Shown: positions 36,542 through 46,114 of the stretch, piece after piece
Layout: the number at the start of each line of letters is the position of its first letter
How positions within the stretch are numbered: the stretch's first letter is position 1
DNA from: Candidatus Omnitrophota bacterium
GTDB taxonomy: Bacteria; Omnitrophota; Gorgyraeia; B26-G9
NCBI GenBank assembly: GCA_043826565.1
Contig: JBDRPX010000003.1
Location: forward strand, 147,293-206,323
Direction: 5' to 3'
DNA: 59,031 bases
The notes under the pieces: generated by a model
The model's input: only the letters and a program-made list of their open reading frames with translations
Database searches by the model: none
What the model was told of the DNA's origin: nothing
Translations under genes and position numbers: made by a program

Positions 36542-39376
36542 ATGGATACACAGATTGACTATAAAAAAACAATTAATTTACCGAACACTGAATTTTCTAT
36601 GAAGGCTAATCTTCCTCAGAAGGAACCGAGTACTTTAGAAAAGTGGGAAGAGCAGAAACTTTATAAAAAAATGTTAGAACATTCTAAACATAAGCCTAAA
36701 TATGTTTTACATGACGGGCCTCCGTATGCTAATGGGAATATTCATATTGGGCATGCTTTGAATAAAATCTTGAAGGATATTATCGTTAAATACAAATCAA
36801 TGCGCGGTTTTTCTGCCGCCTATGTCCCGGGGTGGGATTGCCATGGGCTGCCGATTGAACACCAGTTGTTTAAAAAACTTAAAAAACATAAAGATGAAGT
36901 AGAACAGGTTGAGTTCAGAAAACAAGCCCATGATTTTGCGATGAAATATGTGGATATTCAAAGAGAAGAGTTTAAGAGATTAGGGGTCTTTGGCGATTGG
37001 GAAAATCCTTATATTACATTGAACCATGATTATGAAGCATCAATAATTCAGTCTTTCGGGGCCTTGGTTGAAAAAGGATATATTTATAAGGGGTGTAAGC
37101 CGGTTAACTGGTGCTGCAGCTGTGAAACAGCATTAGCCGAAGCAGAAGTCGAATATGAGGACCATACTTCACCTTCAATTTATGTAAAGTTCCAAGTAAA
37201 AGAAAATCAGAGTATCCTGGATATGGAGTTTTTCGAGGGCAGAAAAGTACATCTTGTGATTTGGACAACTACTCCGTGGACATTGATCGGTAATGTTGCC
37301 TGTGCGGTTCATCCTGAATTTATATATGTTTTTGTTTCGCTTGGTAATGAAATCTGGATTCTGGAAAAAAACCTTGCTCCGGCGGTATTGGAAAAAGCAG
37401 GAGTGAGTGATTATAAGATTATAAAGGAAGTTCCGGGGAAAGCATTAGAAAATATTGAATATACTCATCCGTTTGGTTTTCGTACGGGAAAAGTAGTACT
37501 TGCTGACTATGTCTCTAGTGAAGACGGCTCAGGCCTTGTGCATACTGCTCCCGGACATGGAGTCGATGATTTTAATACCGGTAAACGCTATGGCCTGGAT
37601 GTAGTTATGCAGGTAGATGAAAAGGGCCGGTTTTTTAAAGATGTTCCTCAGTTCGGCGGCCAGCATGTATGGAAAGCAAACCCGATGATTTTGGAGGCGC
37701 TTAAAGATAATGGCGCCTTAGTATTTGGCGGAGAGATACAGCATTCTTATCCGCATTGCTGGAGATGTAAGAAGCCGATTATTTTCCGGGCAACGGAACA
37801 GTGGTTTATGAGCATAGACCACAATAACTTAAGAAAAGATATCCTTAATGAGATTCCTAAGTTAAAATGGGTTCCGGCATTTGGGGAAAACCGCATAACG
37901 AGTATGGTAGAGAATAGACCGGATTGGTGTCTTTCCCGGCAGCGTTTATGGGGTGTGCCAATTCCAGTGTTCTATTGTTTGAGTTGTAATACGCCGGTTT
38001 TGGATAAAGATGTAATTACTCACTTTGCTAAAATAGTTGAAGAAGAGGGTACGGATAGCTGGTTTATCCGGCAAGCAAAAGATCTTTTACCTTCAGAATA
38101 TACTTGTGAAAAATGTAATAGTAGTGAATTTAGAAAAGAAACTGATATTCTTGATGTTTGGTTTGATTCCGGAGTAAGTCATCAGGCTGTGGTTAAGAAA
38201 AATTCTGACTTGCAATTTCCAGCAGACCTTTATCTGGAAGGATCAGACCAGCATCGCGGCTGGTTTCAGGCATCATTGATTCCCGGGATGGCCATAGAAG
38301 GATGCGCGCCTTTTAAAGGAGTTTTAACCCATGGGTTTACCGTTGATGGACAAGGGAAGAAGATGTCCAAATCGCGCGGTAATGTTATAGCTCCGCAGGA
38401 AGTTATAAAGCGTTTAGGTGCGGATGTCTTAAGATTATGGGTAGCTTCTTCTGATTATACCGGTGATATCAGGATTTCGGATGAAATATTGTCCCGCAAC
38501 AGCGAAAGTTATCGAAAGATTCGTAATACGCTGAAATTTATATTTGGCAATCTTTCTGATTTTAATCCGGAAAATGATTCTTTAGAGTATGAAGAGTTGC
38601 AGGAAATTGATCGCTGGGCATTATCTGAGTTGCATAGGTTGATAAAACAGGTTACCCAAGCCTATGATAAATTTGCTTTTTATCAGGTTAATAAGCTTAT
38701 ATATACTTTTTGTATTGTAGAAATGAGCTCGTTCTACTTAGATGTTTTAAAAGATCGTCTATATACTTTGTCAAAAAATTCTCCGGTACGCCGATCGGCG
38801 CAGACTGTTTTGCATGAAGTGGTGACTACAATTGTCAGGATTATTGCTCCGGTTTTGTCTTTTACCGCTGAAGAGGCCTATGGTTTTGTTCCGGGAGAGC
38901 ATCGAGAGAGTGTATTTTTAACGTCCTGGCCGGAATATAAAGATCAATATATTAATGAACAGCTTAATAATACCTGGAAGTTTCTTTTGGATGTTCGCAA
39001 CAGTGTGTTAAAAGAACTCGAGGAAGCACGGGGTAGTAAGCTTATTGGAAACAGCTTGGAAGCAAAAGTTATAATCTCTTATTCAGCGGGAGAAGGGGAA
39101 ATCGAGAAAGTTTTTAATGATCATTTTGAATGTTTGCCGGGGATTTTTATTGTATCTCAAGTTGGTCTTAATTCAGATATTGACAGTAGTAATACGGCAG
39201 TATATAATGTAGACCTTCTGAATAAGAATAATGAAATTGTGAACGGACAGATAAAAATACAGATTGAACGTGCCCAAGGCGATAAGTGTGTGCGTTGTTG
39301 GAATTACTCTGAAAGTGTGGGAACAATTGAGCAGCATCCGCTGTTGTGCGACCGTTGCCGAGCCAACTTAGAGTAG
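36542..39376 (+). CDS. ileS: Isoleucine--tRNA ligase (type 1)
   Basis: HDGPPYANG-HIGH, WDCHGLPIE, KMSKS, C-terminal CVRCW..CDRC zinc finger. Confidence 0.98.
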   Translation: MDTQIDYKKTINLPNTEFSMKANLPQKEPSTLEKWEEQKLYKKMLEHSKHKPKYVLHDGPPYANGNIHIGHALNKILKDIIVKYKSMRGFSAAYVPGWDCHGLPIEHQLFKKLKKHKDEVEQVEFRKQAHDFAMKYVDIQREEFKRLGVFGDWENPYITLNHDYEASIIQSFGALVEKGYIYKGCKPVNWCCSCETALAEAEVEYEDHTSPSIYVKFQVKENQSILDMEFFEGRKVHLVIWTTTPWTLIGNVACAVHPEFIYVFVSLGNEIWILEKNLAPAVLEKAGVSDYKIIKEVPGKALENIEYTHPFGFRTGKVVLADYVSSEDGSGLVHTAPGHGVDDFNTGKRYGLDVVMQVDEKGRFFKDVPQFGGQHVWKANPMILEALKDNGALVFGGEIQHSYPHCWRCKKPIIFRATEQWFMSIDHNNLRKDILNEIPKLKWVPAFGENRITSMVENRPDWCLSRQRLWGVPIPVFYCLSCNTPVLDKDVITHFAKIVEEEGTDSWFIRQAKDLLPSEYTCEKCNSSEFRKETDILDVWFDSGVSHQAVVKKNSDLQFPADLYLEGSDQHRGWFQASLIPGMAIEGCAPFKGVLTHGFTVDGQGKKMSKSRGNVIAPQEVIKRLGADVLRLWVASSDYTGDIRISDEILSRNSESYRKIRNTLKFIFGNLSDFNPENDSLEYEELQEIDRWALSELHRLIKQVTQAYDKFAFYQVNKLIYTFCIVEMSSFYLDVLKDRLYTLSKNSPVRRSAQTVLHEVVTTIVRIIAPVLSFTAEEAYGFVPGEHRESVFLTSWPEYKDQYINEQLNNTWKFLLDVRNSVLKELEEARGSKLIGNSLEAKVIISYSAGEGEIEKVFNDHFECLPGIFIVSQVGLNSDIDSSNTAVYNVDLLNKNNEIVNGQIKIQIERAQGDKCVRCWNYSESVGTIEQHPLLCDRCRANLE

Positions 39377-39392
39377 AAAGGAGCAGAGTAAA

Positions 39393-39764
39393 GTGAATAA
39401 AAATGAATCCAAGGAATTTAAGCAGAAACTGATCGATTTGCGCGGTAAAGTTACCGAAGAGATTAAACATTTAGGAGAAAATGGCATAAATAAATCACAA
39501 AGAGAGGCAAGTGGTGATTTATCCGCATATACTTTTCATATGGCTGATGTTGCTAGCGACAGCTATGACCGGGAACTTTCTTGGGACAGGGTAAGCGGTG
39601 AGCAAAAGGTGCTTTATCTGATTGATGAGGCTTTGAAAAAAATAGAAGAAGGGAATTACGGTGTGTGTGAGTCCTGTTCAGGTAAAATCAAAAAAGAGCG
39701 TCTTAAAGCGATACCTCATTGTAAACTGTGTCTGAAGTGTAAACAGCAACTTGAAAAAAAGTAA
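39393..39764 (+). CDS. TraR/DksA-family C4 zinc-finger regulator
   Basis: Coiled-coil with HMADVASD; CESC...CLKC. Confidence 0.88.
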   Translation: MNKNESKEFKQKLIDLRGKVTEEIKHLGENGINKSQREASGDLSAYTFHMADVASDSYDRELSWDRVSGEQKVLYLIDEALKKIEEGNYGVCESCSGKIKKERLKAIPHCKLCLKCKQQLEKK

Positions 39765-39783
39765 ATACATAGGCTGATATGCC

Positions 39784-40260
39784 GTGATGCTTAAATTTTT
39801 ATTAGCTGCTGTTCTCATTGTTGTTGATCAGGCTTCCAAACTTTTCGTTATAAAATGGTTACATCAAAACGAGAGTATTCCTGTCATTGCAGATATTTTC
39901 CATATAACCCTGGTTTATAATACCGGGTCTGCTTTCGGTATGTTTCGTGATCATAATTGGATATTAACTTATATCTCTGTCTTTGCAATAATTTTCATAT
40001 TATTATTATTGGTTCGCCGCCCGGGAGTTAAATCAGAGGGATATCATCGGCTATGGCAAACAGCTTTAGTTTTAATCCTCAGCGGTGCTGCCGGCAACCT
40101 TATCGATAGGCTAAAATTTGGTTATGTTGTTGATTTTTTGGATTTTCGCATATGGCCGGTTTTTAATTTCGCGGATAGCTTAATAACTTGCGGAGTTATA
40201 TTACTTGCATTTTTGTTTTTGAGAAAAGATGTGTTTATAGAAAATAACAACTTAAATTAA
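39784..40260 (+). CDS. lspA: Lipoprotein signal peptidase II
   Basis: DQASK, NTGSAFG, GNLIDR, VVDF, VFNFAD. Confidence 0.96.
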   Translation: MMLKFLLAAVLIVVDQASKLFVIKWLHQNESIPVIADIFHITLVYNTGSAFGMFRDHNWILTYISVFAIIFILLLLVRRPGVKSEGYHRLWQTALVLILSGAAGNLIDRLKFGYVVDFLDFRIWPVFNFADSLITCGVILLAFLFLRKDVFIENNNLN

Positions 40261-40387
40261 ATGCAAATATCAAAGATCAAAATGCAAAATGACAGATTGA
40301 AATGAAAAAATAATAAAATTAAAAAAATGATTTAATATTTTTGAATTTTGAATTACATTTTGATTTTTGCAGTTTGATTTTTGATTT
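40260..40387. repeat. 7-nt-periodic inverted repeat pair
   Basis: (aatgcaa)(atatcaa)(agatcaa)(aatgcaa) opposite (ttgattt)(ttgcagt)(ttgattt)(ttgattt). Confidence 0.78.
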
Positions 40388-40465
40388 AAAATATTATCTT
40401 AGCTATTCAAAGATGAGAAGATATGAAAGACTGAGATTTCTTATTAAAGGAGAGTTTATAATAAC

Positions 40466-41203
40466 ATGTATCCTGTCTTATGGAAAATCGGAAATATTTA
40501 TATATATTCATATGGATGTATGGTTGCCTTAGGGATTTTAGTTGCTACCTATTGCTGCCAATATCATGCTGCGCGCAGAGGGTTATCTGAAGAAAAGATT
40601 GTTGACCTGATATTTTGGGTTATTATTGCGGGATTGATCGGAGGGCGGCTCTTATATGTGTTATTGAATTTTGGAGATTACTCCGGCGATCTTGGAGAGG
40701 TTTTTAAATTATATAAAGGCGGTTTGGTCTTCCACGGAGGTTTTATTGCCGGTCTTATCGCAGCAATACTATTTATAAAAACTAATAAAATGCCTTTTTG
40801 GAAGACATTGGACCTGATTGTCCTTTATGTGCCTATAGGGCATGCTTTTGGCCGGATTGGATGTTTTTTAAACGGTTGTTGTTATGGCCGGGAGACTTCT
40901 TTGGGGCTGGGTATTGTTTTTCCGGGTAGTGATATGTGTGTTCATCCCACCCAACTATATTCTGCGGTATTACTTTTAATTTTATTTGTTGTTTTATTTT
41001 TTGTCGAGCGAAGAAAAAAGTATAATGGACAAATTGTATTTTTTTATTTTATCTTATATGGTATTATGCGGTTTTTTATGGAATTTTTGCGGGTAGATAA
41101 TTTTCCGGTACTGGGAGTGCTTTCCATTGCGCAAGTTATCAGTATCGGGCTTTTAATAGCCGGAATATTTTTCCATTTAAGATTCAGGAAAACAGCTGCT
41201 TAA
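40466..41203 (+). CDS. lgt: Prolipoprotein diacylglyceryl transferase
   Basis: YSYG, GGRL, GGLVFHGG, GRIGCFLNGCCYG, HPTQLY, RFFMEFLR. Confidence 0.95.
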   Translation: MYPVLWKIGNIYIYSYGCMVALGILVATYCCQYHAARRGLSEEKIVDLIFWVIIAGLIGGRLLYVLLNFGDYSGDLGEVFKLYKGGLVFHGGFIAGLIAAILFIKTNKMPFWKTLDLIVLYVPIGHAFGRIGCFLNGCCYGRETSLGLGIVFPGSDMCVHPTQLYSAVLLLILFVVLFFVERRKKYNGQIVFFYFILYGIMRFFMEFLRVDNFPVLGVLSIAQVISIGLLIAGIFFHLRFRKTAA

Positions 41204-41217
41204 GGACGGCTTAAAAA

Positions 41218-42141
41218 TTGAAAAAAAATTTTTCTTTTACAGTTGAAACAGCGAGTATTGATAAAAGGATAGATAAATATCTGGGAGAAAAACTCTCTGA
41301 GGATTTTTCACGCGCAAGCATAAAAAAGATTATCCAGAATAAGCAGGTGCTGCTTAATTCTAAAGTTGTTAAGCCAAGTCAGAAGTTAGGTGAAGGAGAT
41401 GATATCCTGGTTAATCTATCGGAGGCGGATTTGTCCTTGGGGGAACTTTCCGATGTCCAGGCGGTAGATATCCCGTTAGATATTATTTATGAGGACGATT
41501 ACCTTTTGGTAATTAATAAACCGGCCGGACTTGTTGTCCATCCCGCGCCCGGACATTTTCAGGACACTTTAGTCAATGCCTTGCTCTTTCACACCAAAAA
41601 ACTTTCCGAAACAAGTGGTGCTTTAAAACCGGGGATTGTTCACCGGCTGGATAAAGATACTTCCGGACTGTTGGTAGTTGCCCGGGATGATAAAACACAT
41701 AGAGCTTTAGCCGCACAATTTAAACAGCACAAAGTTAAAAAAATATATATTGCGCTTGTTAAGGGGAAAGTTGAGTATGATGAAGGGCTGGTGCAGGCTC
41801 CGATAGGCCGGAGTCCTTTTAATCGAAAAAAAATGTCTGTTTCCTCAGCTTCCGCGCGGCAGGCCGAGACTTTTTACCGTGTTCTTGAGCGTAAGAAGGA
41901 TTTTACGGTAGTGGAATTACATCCCAAAACTGGAAGAACACACCAGATTAGAGTACATATGGCGCATATCGGACACCCTCTTTTGGGAGACGGCAGTTAT
42001 GGACAGGGAGCGGACAAGAGATTTATAGATAGACATGCATTACATGCCAAGGTTCTTGGTTTTACTCATCCGCATACAGCGAAGTACATGGAGTTTGAGG
42101 CTCCGATGCCTTTGGATATGGCTAAACTTGCCGATGCGTAG
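41218..42141 (+). CDS. rluD: RluA/RluD-family pseudouridine synthase
   Basis: S4 domain; NKPAGLVVHP; GIVHRLDKDTSG; TGRTHQIRVH. Confidence 0.9.
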   Translation: MKKNFSFTVETASIDKRIDKYLGEKLSEDFSRASIKKIIQNKQVLLNSKVVKPSQKLGEGDDILVNLSEADLSLGELSDVQAVDIPLDIIYEDDYLLVINKPAGLVVHPAPGHFQDTLVNALLFHTKKLSETSGALKPGIVHRLDKDTSGLLVVARDDKTHRALAAQFKQHKVKKIYIALVKGKVEYDEGLVQAPIGRSPFNRKKMSVSSASARQAETFYRVLERKKDFTVVELHPKTGRTHQIRVHMAHIGHPLLGDGSYGQGADKRFIDRHALHAKVLGFTHPHTAKYMEFEAPMPLDMAKLADA

Positions 42142-42220
42142 CGACGGAATTTTTTAAAAGTCTTGCAAAAGAATTCGTCCAATGATAAAATAATTACAAT
42201 ACATTGATTAATAAGGAGTA

Positions 42221-42883
42221 ATGATGGAAGAAGAAGTCAAAATAACGGATTATGATATCATTAAGGAAGTGGGGAGTATTTGTGCGTGTAGTTCCACGCT
42301 TGTTTTCTCACAAATGATTGACCGTTCTATTGAACTGGAAGCGCCGAAACTTGATGTTGTTAGATGTGATAATATTGAAGCGGTTATAAAAACCGATAAT
42401 ACGATTGTTGTCGGGGTGCATACCCAAATTTTAACAGGGGTCAAAGGTCAAGTATCATTGCTGTTTACGGAAAAAAGTGCTTATGAATTTGTTTCGATTT
42501 TTAGGTCTAAGGAAAAAAAGCACAGCCTGCTAACGGCATTAGGAGTTTCTGCGATTAAAGAAGTTGGTAATATTGTGGTGTCTGCTTATTCCGGAGCAAT
42601 GAGTCTTCTTTTAGATGTACCGGTTATGCCATCTATCCCGATGCTTTCCAGCGGTCCTTTAAGCGAAGTTATTAAGTTTGGATTTAATTCTTTGGAAGGG
42701 AATCATGAGGAATTATATGTACATACGATGACGTTTAAGGATGAACTTAAGAAAATAAGCGGTTCATTTTATTTTTTAATTGAACCTGTTGCGGTAAAAC
42801 AAATTACGCAAACTTTACGATTGCAGCTTGGTAAAATTGAAACTGTTAAAGAAAAATTCAAAGGACTTAAAGGTTATAAATAA
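42221..42883 (+). CDS. CheC-like response-regulator phosphatase
   Basis: Duplicated CheC motifs KEVGSI and KEVGNI; PSIP. Confidence 0.8.
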   Translation: MMEEEVKITDYDIIKEVGSICACSSTLVFSQMIDRSIELEAPKLDVVRCDNIEAVIKTDNTIVVGVHTQILTGVKGQVSLLFTEKSAYEFVSIFRSKEKKHSLLTALGVSAIKEVGNIVVSAYSGAMSLLLDVPVMPSIPMLSSGPLSEVIKFGFNSLEGNHEELYVHTMTFKDELKKISGSFYFLIEPVAVKQITQTLRLQLGKIETVKEKFKGLKGYK

Positions 42884-42919
42884 ATCCTAGGTCATAGCCC
42901 GGTAACAAGATTTAAATCC

Positions 42920-43483
42920 ATGGCTAAAATTTCCGTTATAAAATTCCTGTCAAAAAAATATCTCATTCATTCCGCCACACTGATTCTAACAGCAATTTTT
43001 GTTTGCGCATATATCTTAGGATCACTTAATTATAAAGTTGCTTACAATAATGTTCTCGTCGATAGAGTGGTTGATGGGGATACTCTGAAATTAAATAATG
43101 GACAAAGGGTGCGTTTGTTAGGTTTAGATACTCCGGAGTATCATGAGTCAGATAAACTTTTTCGCGATAGCCGCCGCCTGAAAAAAGATGTCAAAGACAT
43201 TCAAGCTATGGGATATGATGCTTATCAATATACCAGGAAACTTGTTGAGAAAAAAATGGTAAAACTTGAATTCGATGTGGAAAAAGCAGATAAATACGGA
43301 AGATTATTAGCCTATGTTTACTTGAAAGACGGAACATTCGTTAATGCTTACTTACTGCGTGATGGGCAGGCTTCAGTATGTATTATTGAACCTAATGTAA
43401 GGTATAAGAAGATGTTTATAGGCCTGGAAGAGCAAGCTCGCGCAGAAAATCTGGGGATTTGGGCTGCGGGTAAATTATATTAA
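42920..43483 (+). CDS. Thermonuclease (SNase-family) with N-terminal membrane anchor
   Basis: VVDGDT, VRLLGLDTPE, DKYGRLLAYVY, GIW. Confidence 0.92.
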   Translation: MAKISVIKFLSKKYLIHSATLILTAIFVCAYILGSLNYKVAYNNVLVDRVVDGDTLKLNNGQRVRLLGLDTPEYHESDKLFRDSRRLKKDVKDIQAMGYDAYQYTRKLVEKKMVKLEFDVEKADKYGRLLAYVYLKDGTFVNAYLLRDGQASVCIIEPNVRYKKMFIGLEEQARAENLGIWAAGKLY

Positions 43484-43494
43484 GAAAGACAGGG

Positions 43495-43881
43495 ATGATT
43501 ATGCAAAGCTCACAAAGAGAAGTTATTTTTTTGGTTATTGCGGTTATTTTTACGTATATGTTACCGACATTTATCGTTGCTTTAAAAAATGATAAAAAAG
43601 CAAAAAATTTTTCCCTTTTAAATCTTCTCTTAGGCTGGACAATTATCGGATGGGTCATTCTTTGCGCGAACGGATTATATGAAGACATGAAAATAAGCAG
43701 AAAAAAAAGCATAAGTATTCCTTTAATTTTTTGTTTGTTTTATTTTGTGTTGGTCAGCCTTTCAAAAAGGTTTGATATTCATGGGGAATTGGGAACTATT
43801 TTATTGCTTGTTTTGCTGTCTTTGCCGGGTATATTGCTGTGGATATATTTGCGCCAGGGAGGATATCTTAAAAAGCTATGA
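43495..43881 (+). CDS. Superinfection immunity (T4 Imm-like) membrane protein with extra C-terminal TMs
   Basis: YMLPTFIVA...NLLLGWTIIGWV signature. Confidence 0.75.
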   Translation: MIMQSSQREVIFLVIAVIFTYMLPTFIVALKNDKKAKNFSLLNLLLGWTIIGWVILCANGLYEDMKISRKKSISIPLIFCLFYFVLVSLSKRFDIHGELGTILLLVLLSLPGILLWIYLRQGGYLKKL

Positions 43882-44630
43882 TTAAAGCCGCCTTTTTTGT
43901 TAAAATATGTTTGATTGCCTGTAGTATTGTTTTTATTGTTGCGGCTTATCAGAAGGACAAACTCCCCGGTACCGACGAAATTCTCAGTTCGCTTTATAAT
44001 TCGCCGAATCAAACACAGACAGATGCTGTGCCGTTTGAAGTTATAAAAAACAATATAACTTATACAATAACCCCATTATACAACTATGAATTGTATGGTT
44101 TGGTTGTCTCATATTTTCACACGGCTACCTGGTGGAATATATATCACAAGAATTGGAAAGATTTCATAAACAAAAAGGACCTTTGTTTAATTTGGGCAGA
44201 TAATATTACGAATAAATCATATCAGAAAATGAAATTTTCAAGCACTAGTTTTGAGTGTCATTATTCCACTAAGGATCTCCAAGCATGGAGAAACTTTAGA
44301 GGAAATTGTTTGTCGAATAATCATCTTTTGTCAGCTGATGAGAGTATCGGGGAAAAAATAATGGATGTTGGTAAGGGCGATCAAATCTATTTAAAAGGCT
44401 ATTTAGTGAAATATTCTCATAGCGGCAATACGTTTGAGAGAGGGTCAAGTACGACGAGAAACGATTCCGGCAGTGGAGCTTGTGAAACTATATTTGTTAA
44501 AGAGTTTAAGGTCATCAAAGCCGTCAATAAACAGTGGCGAAGCATTCATCTTTATGCGAAATATGCAATAATGTTTTTAATTATCCTGGTGATAATTTTA
44601 TGGTTTAAAAAACCGTTGTATGAAGATTAA
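43878..44630 (+). CDS. Hypothetical protein, extracytoplasmic domain between two TMs
   Basis: N- and C-terminal hydrophobic segments; SNNHL, GACE; ATGA overlap with the upstream gene. Confidence 0.7.
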   Translation: MIKAAFFVKICLIACSIVFIVAAYQKDKLPGTDEILSSLYNSPNQTQTDAVPFEVIKNNITYTITPLYNYELYGLVVSYFHTATWWNIYHKNWKDFINKKDLCLIWADNITNKSYQKMKFSSTSFECHYSTKDLQAWRNFRGNCLSNNHLLSADESIGEKIMDVGKGDQIYLKGYLVKYSHSGNTFERGSSTTRNDSGSGACETIFVKEFKVIKAVNKQWRSIHLYAKYAIMFLIILVIILWFKKPLYED

Positions 44631-44676
44631 TTTTTTCTTGTGAAGGTTGTTAATTAGTTGTAAACTGGGGATAAAG

Positions 44677-45447
44677 ATGAAATATATTGTTTTATCAACT
44701 CCATATTCATTGTCTATATACGTTATTGTTCTTATTGTGCTTGGCATAATAGGGGGATTAGCTTTAGCCAAGATTATTAAAGAACGCAATTTATTGCGTT
44801 TACTGTTGGAGGATTTAAAAGACGCTGATTGGCGTATCCATGAAAAAGCTATGAAGAAGCTGATAAGATTGGAAAAAGCCGCGGTAATCCCGCTTATTTC
44901 ACTTTTATCGAGTCGTTATGCACATTTAAGATGGCAGGCAGTAGAAGCATTGGGGAAGATAAAAGACAGCAGAGCAATTCCTTTACTTATTGATAAACTG
45001 GATGATCCGGAGGCAAAAGTTGTTGAAAAGTCGATCATTGCGCTTGCTTGTATCGGGGGAAAATCAATATCTTATTTAGGAGAGCAGTTTATAAACTGCG
45101 CATCGGATAAGAGAGACAAAATATTAACAGTGTTGGTTAAGATCGGCGCCCCGGCTGTTCCCGAGATAATTAAAATGCTTAATAGTCGTAATGGAGATAT
45201 CCGGTGGAGAGCAATTAAAGCGCTGGGGCAGATAAAAGATTCTCGAAGTATTCAAATTCTTTCACATATTTTATCCAGTAAAAATAAAGAAGGAGAAGAG
45301 CGTTGGTTGGCAGCTCAAGCTTTAGGAAATATCGGAGATAGCCGGGCTATTAAAATTTTAAAGATGGCTGCTGCTGATGATGATGTGCATTTGCAAAAAG
45401 CTGCAGTCAATGCATTGGCGATATTAAAGAAAACACAAAAAGAGTGA
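44677..45447 (+). CDS. Membrane-anchored HEAT/PBS-lyase repeat protein
   Basis: One TM, then repeats RWQAVEALGKI / RWRAIKALGQI / RWLAAQALGNI. Confidence 0.85.
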   Translation: MKYIVLSTPYSLSIYVIVLIVLGIIGGLALAKIIKERNLLRLLLEDLKDADWRIHEKAMKKLIRLEKAAVIPLISLLSSRYAHLRWQAVEALGKIKDSRAIPLLIDKLDDPEAKVVEKSIIALACIGGKSISYLGEQFINCASDKRDKILTVLVKIGAPAVPEIIKMLNSRNGDIRWRAIKALGQIKDSRSIQILSHILSSKNKEGEERWLAAQALGNIGDSRAIKILKMAAADDDVHLQKAAVNALAILKKTQKE

Positions 45448-45592
45448 AATCTGCCTCAGTTTCATCGACTATAATACTTCCAGTGTAAATTAATCATTGT
45501 AATTTACTTAGTCAAAATCTCAACACAAAATTCTATAACATGCTATAATTAAATGAATTATAGTTTTGTATTATCTCCAGATCAATTAAAAA

Positions 45593-45621
45593 TTGATTTT
45601 TGACCGGAACTGTATTATAAT
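45593..45621 (+). promoter_or_regulatory. Sigma70 promoter (near-leaderless transcript)
   Basis: TTGATT-N17-TATAAT ending 9 nt before ATG 45631. Confidence 0.6.
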
Positions 45622-45630
45622 TATGGGAAT

Positions 45631-46095
45631 ATGTATATAAAAGCAACCAACTTTTTTGAGGAAATAATACGAAATCGAGTCATCTGGTCTTCCTGTTGTT
45701 CCTGGGGGGTAGCTCAGGGAATAAAGGTTTTTTCCGGATTGATTAAAGAGAAACGTTTTGATTTTAAATGGATTATGGGTACTGGCGGGATGCCCAGTGC
45801 TCATTCAGCCGGGGTAAGCGCATTAGCTACGGCCGTGGGCCTATCTGAAGGTTTTGATACGATTGTATTTGCTATTACCGTGATTTTTGCTCTAATTATT
45901 ATGTTTGACGCTCAAGGATTACGCAGAAATACCGGACTTCAGGCCGAGGCTTTAAATAGAATTATTGAGGATATTTATCTAAATCGCGGGATTAAGCAGG
46001 AGCGTCTTAGAGAACTTATCGGACATACACTTATCGAAGTGTTTATGGGGGCGCTCTTAGGTATTGTTACCGCGGTTTTTGTGGTGACCTTATGA
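45631..46095 (+). CDS. Divergent PAP2 (DUF212) family membrane protein
   Basis: AQGIK, TGGMPSAHS, MFDAQGLR, ELIGHT. Confidence 0.9.
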   Translation: MYIKATNFFEEIIRNRVIWSSCCSWGVAQGIKVFSGLIKEKRFDFKWIMGTGGMPSAHSAGVSALATAVGLSEGFDTIVFAITVIFALIIMFDAQGLRRNTGLQAEALNRIIEDIYLNRGIKQERLRELIGHTLIEVFMGALLGIVTAVFVVTL

Positions 46096-46114
46096 TGGAA
46101 TTAAGGGGGAAACG

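Noticed and set aside
40341-40532. 63-aa ORF before lgt, and similarly 51651-51854
   Set aside because: Both run through repeat arrays and overlap real genes or promoters; no RBS or family features.
43495-43881. Prophage inferred from the superinfection immunity gene
   Set aside because: No integrase, structural or replication genes and no att-like repeats nearby.
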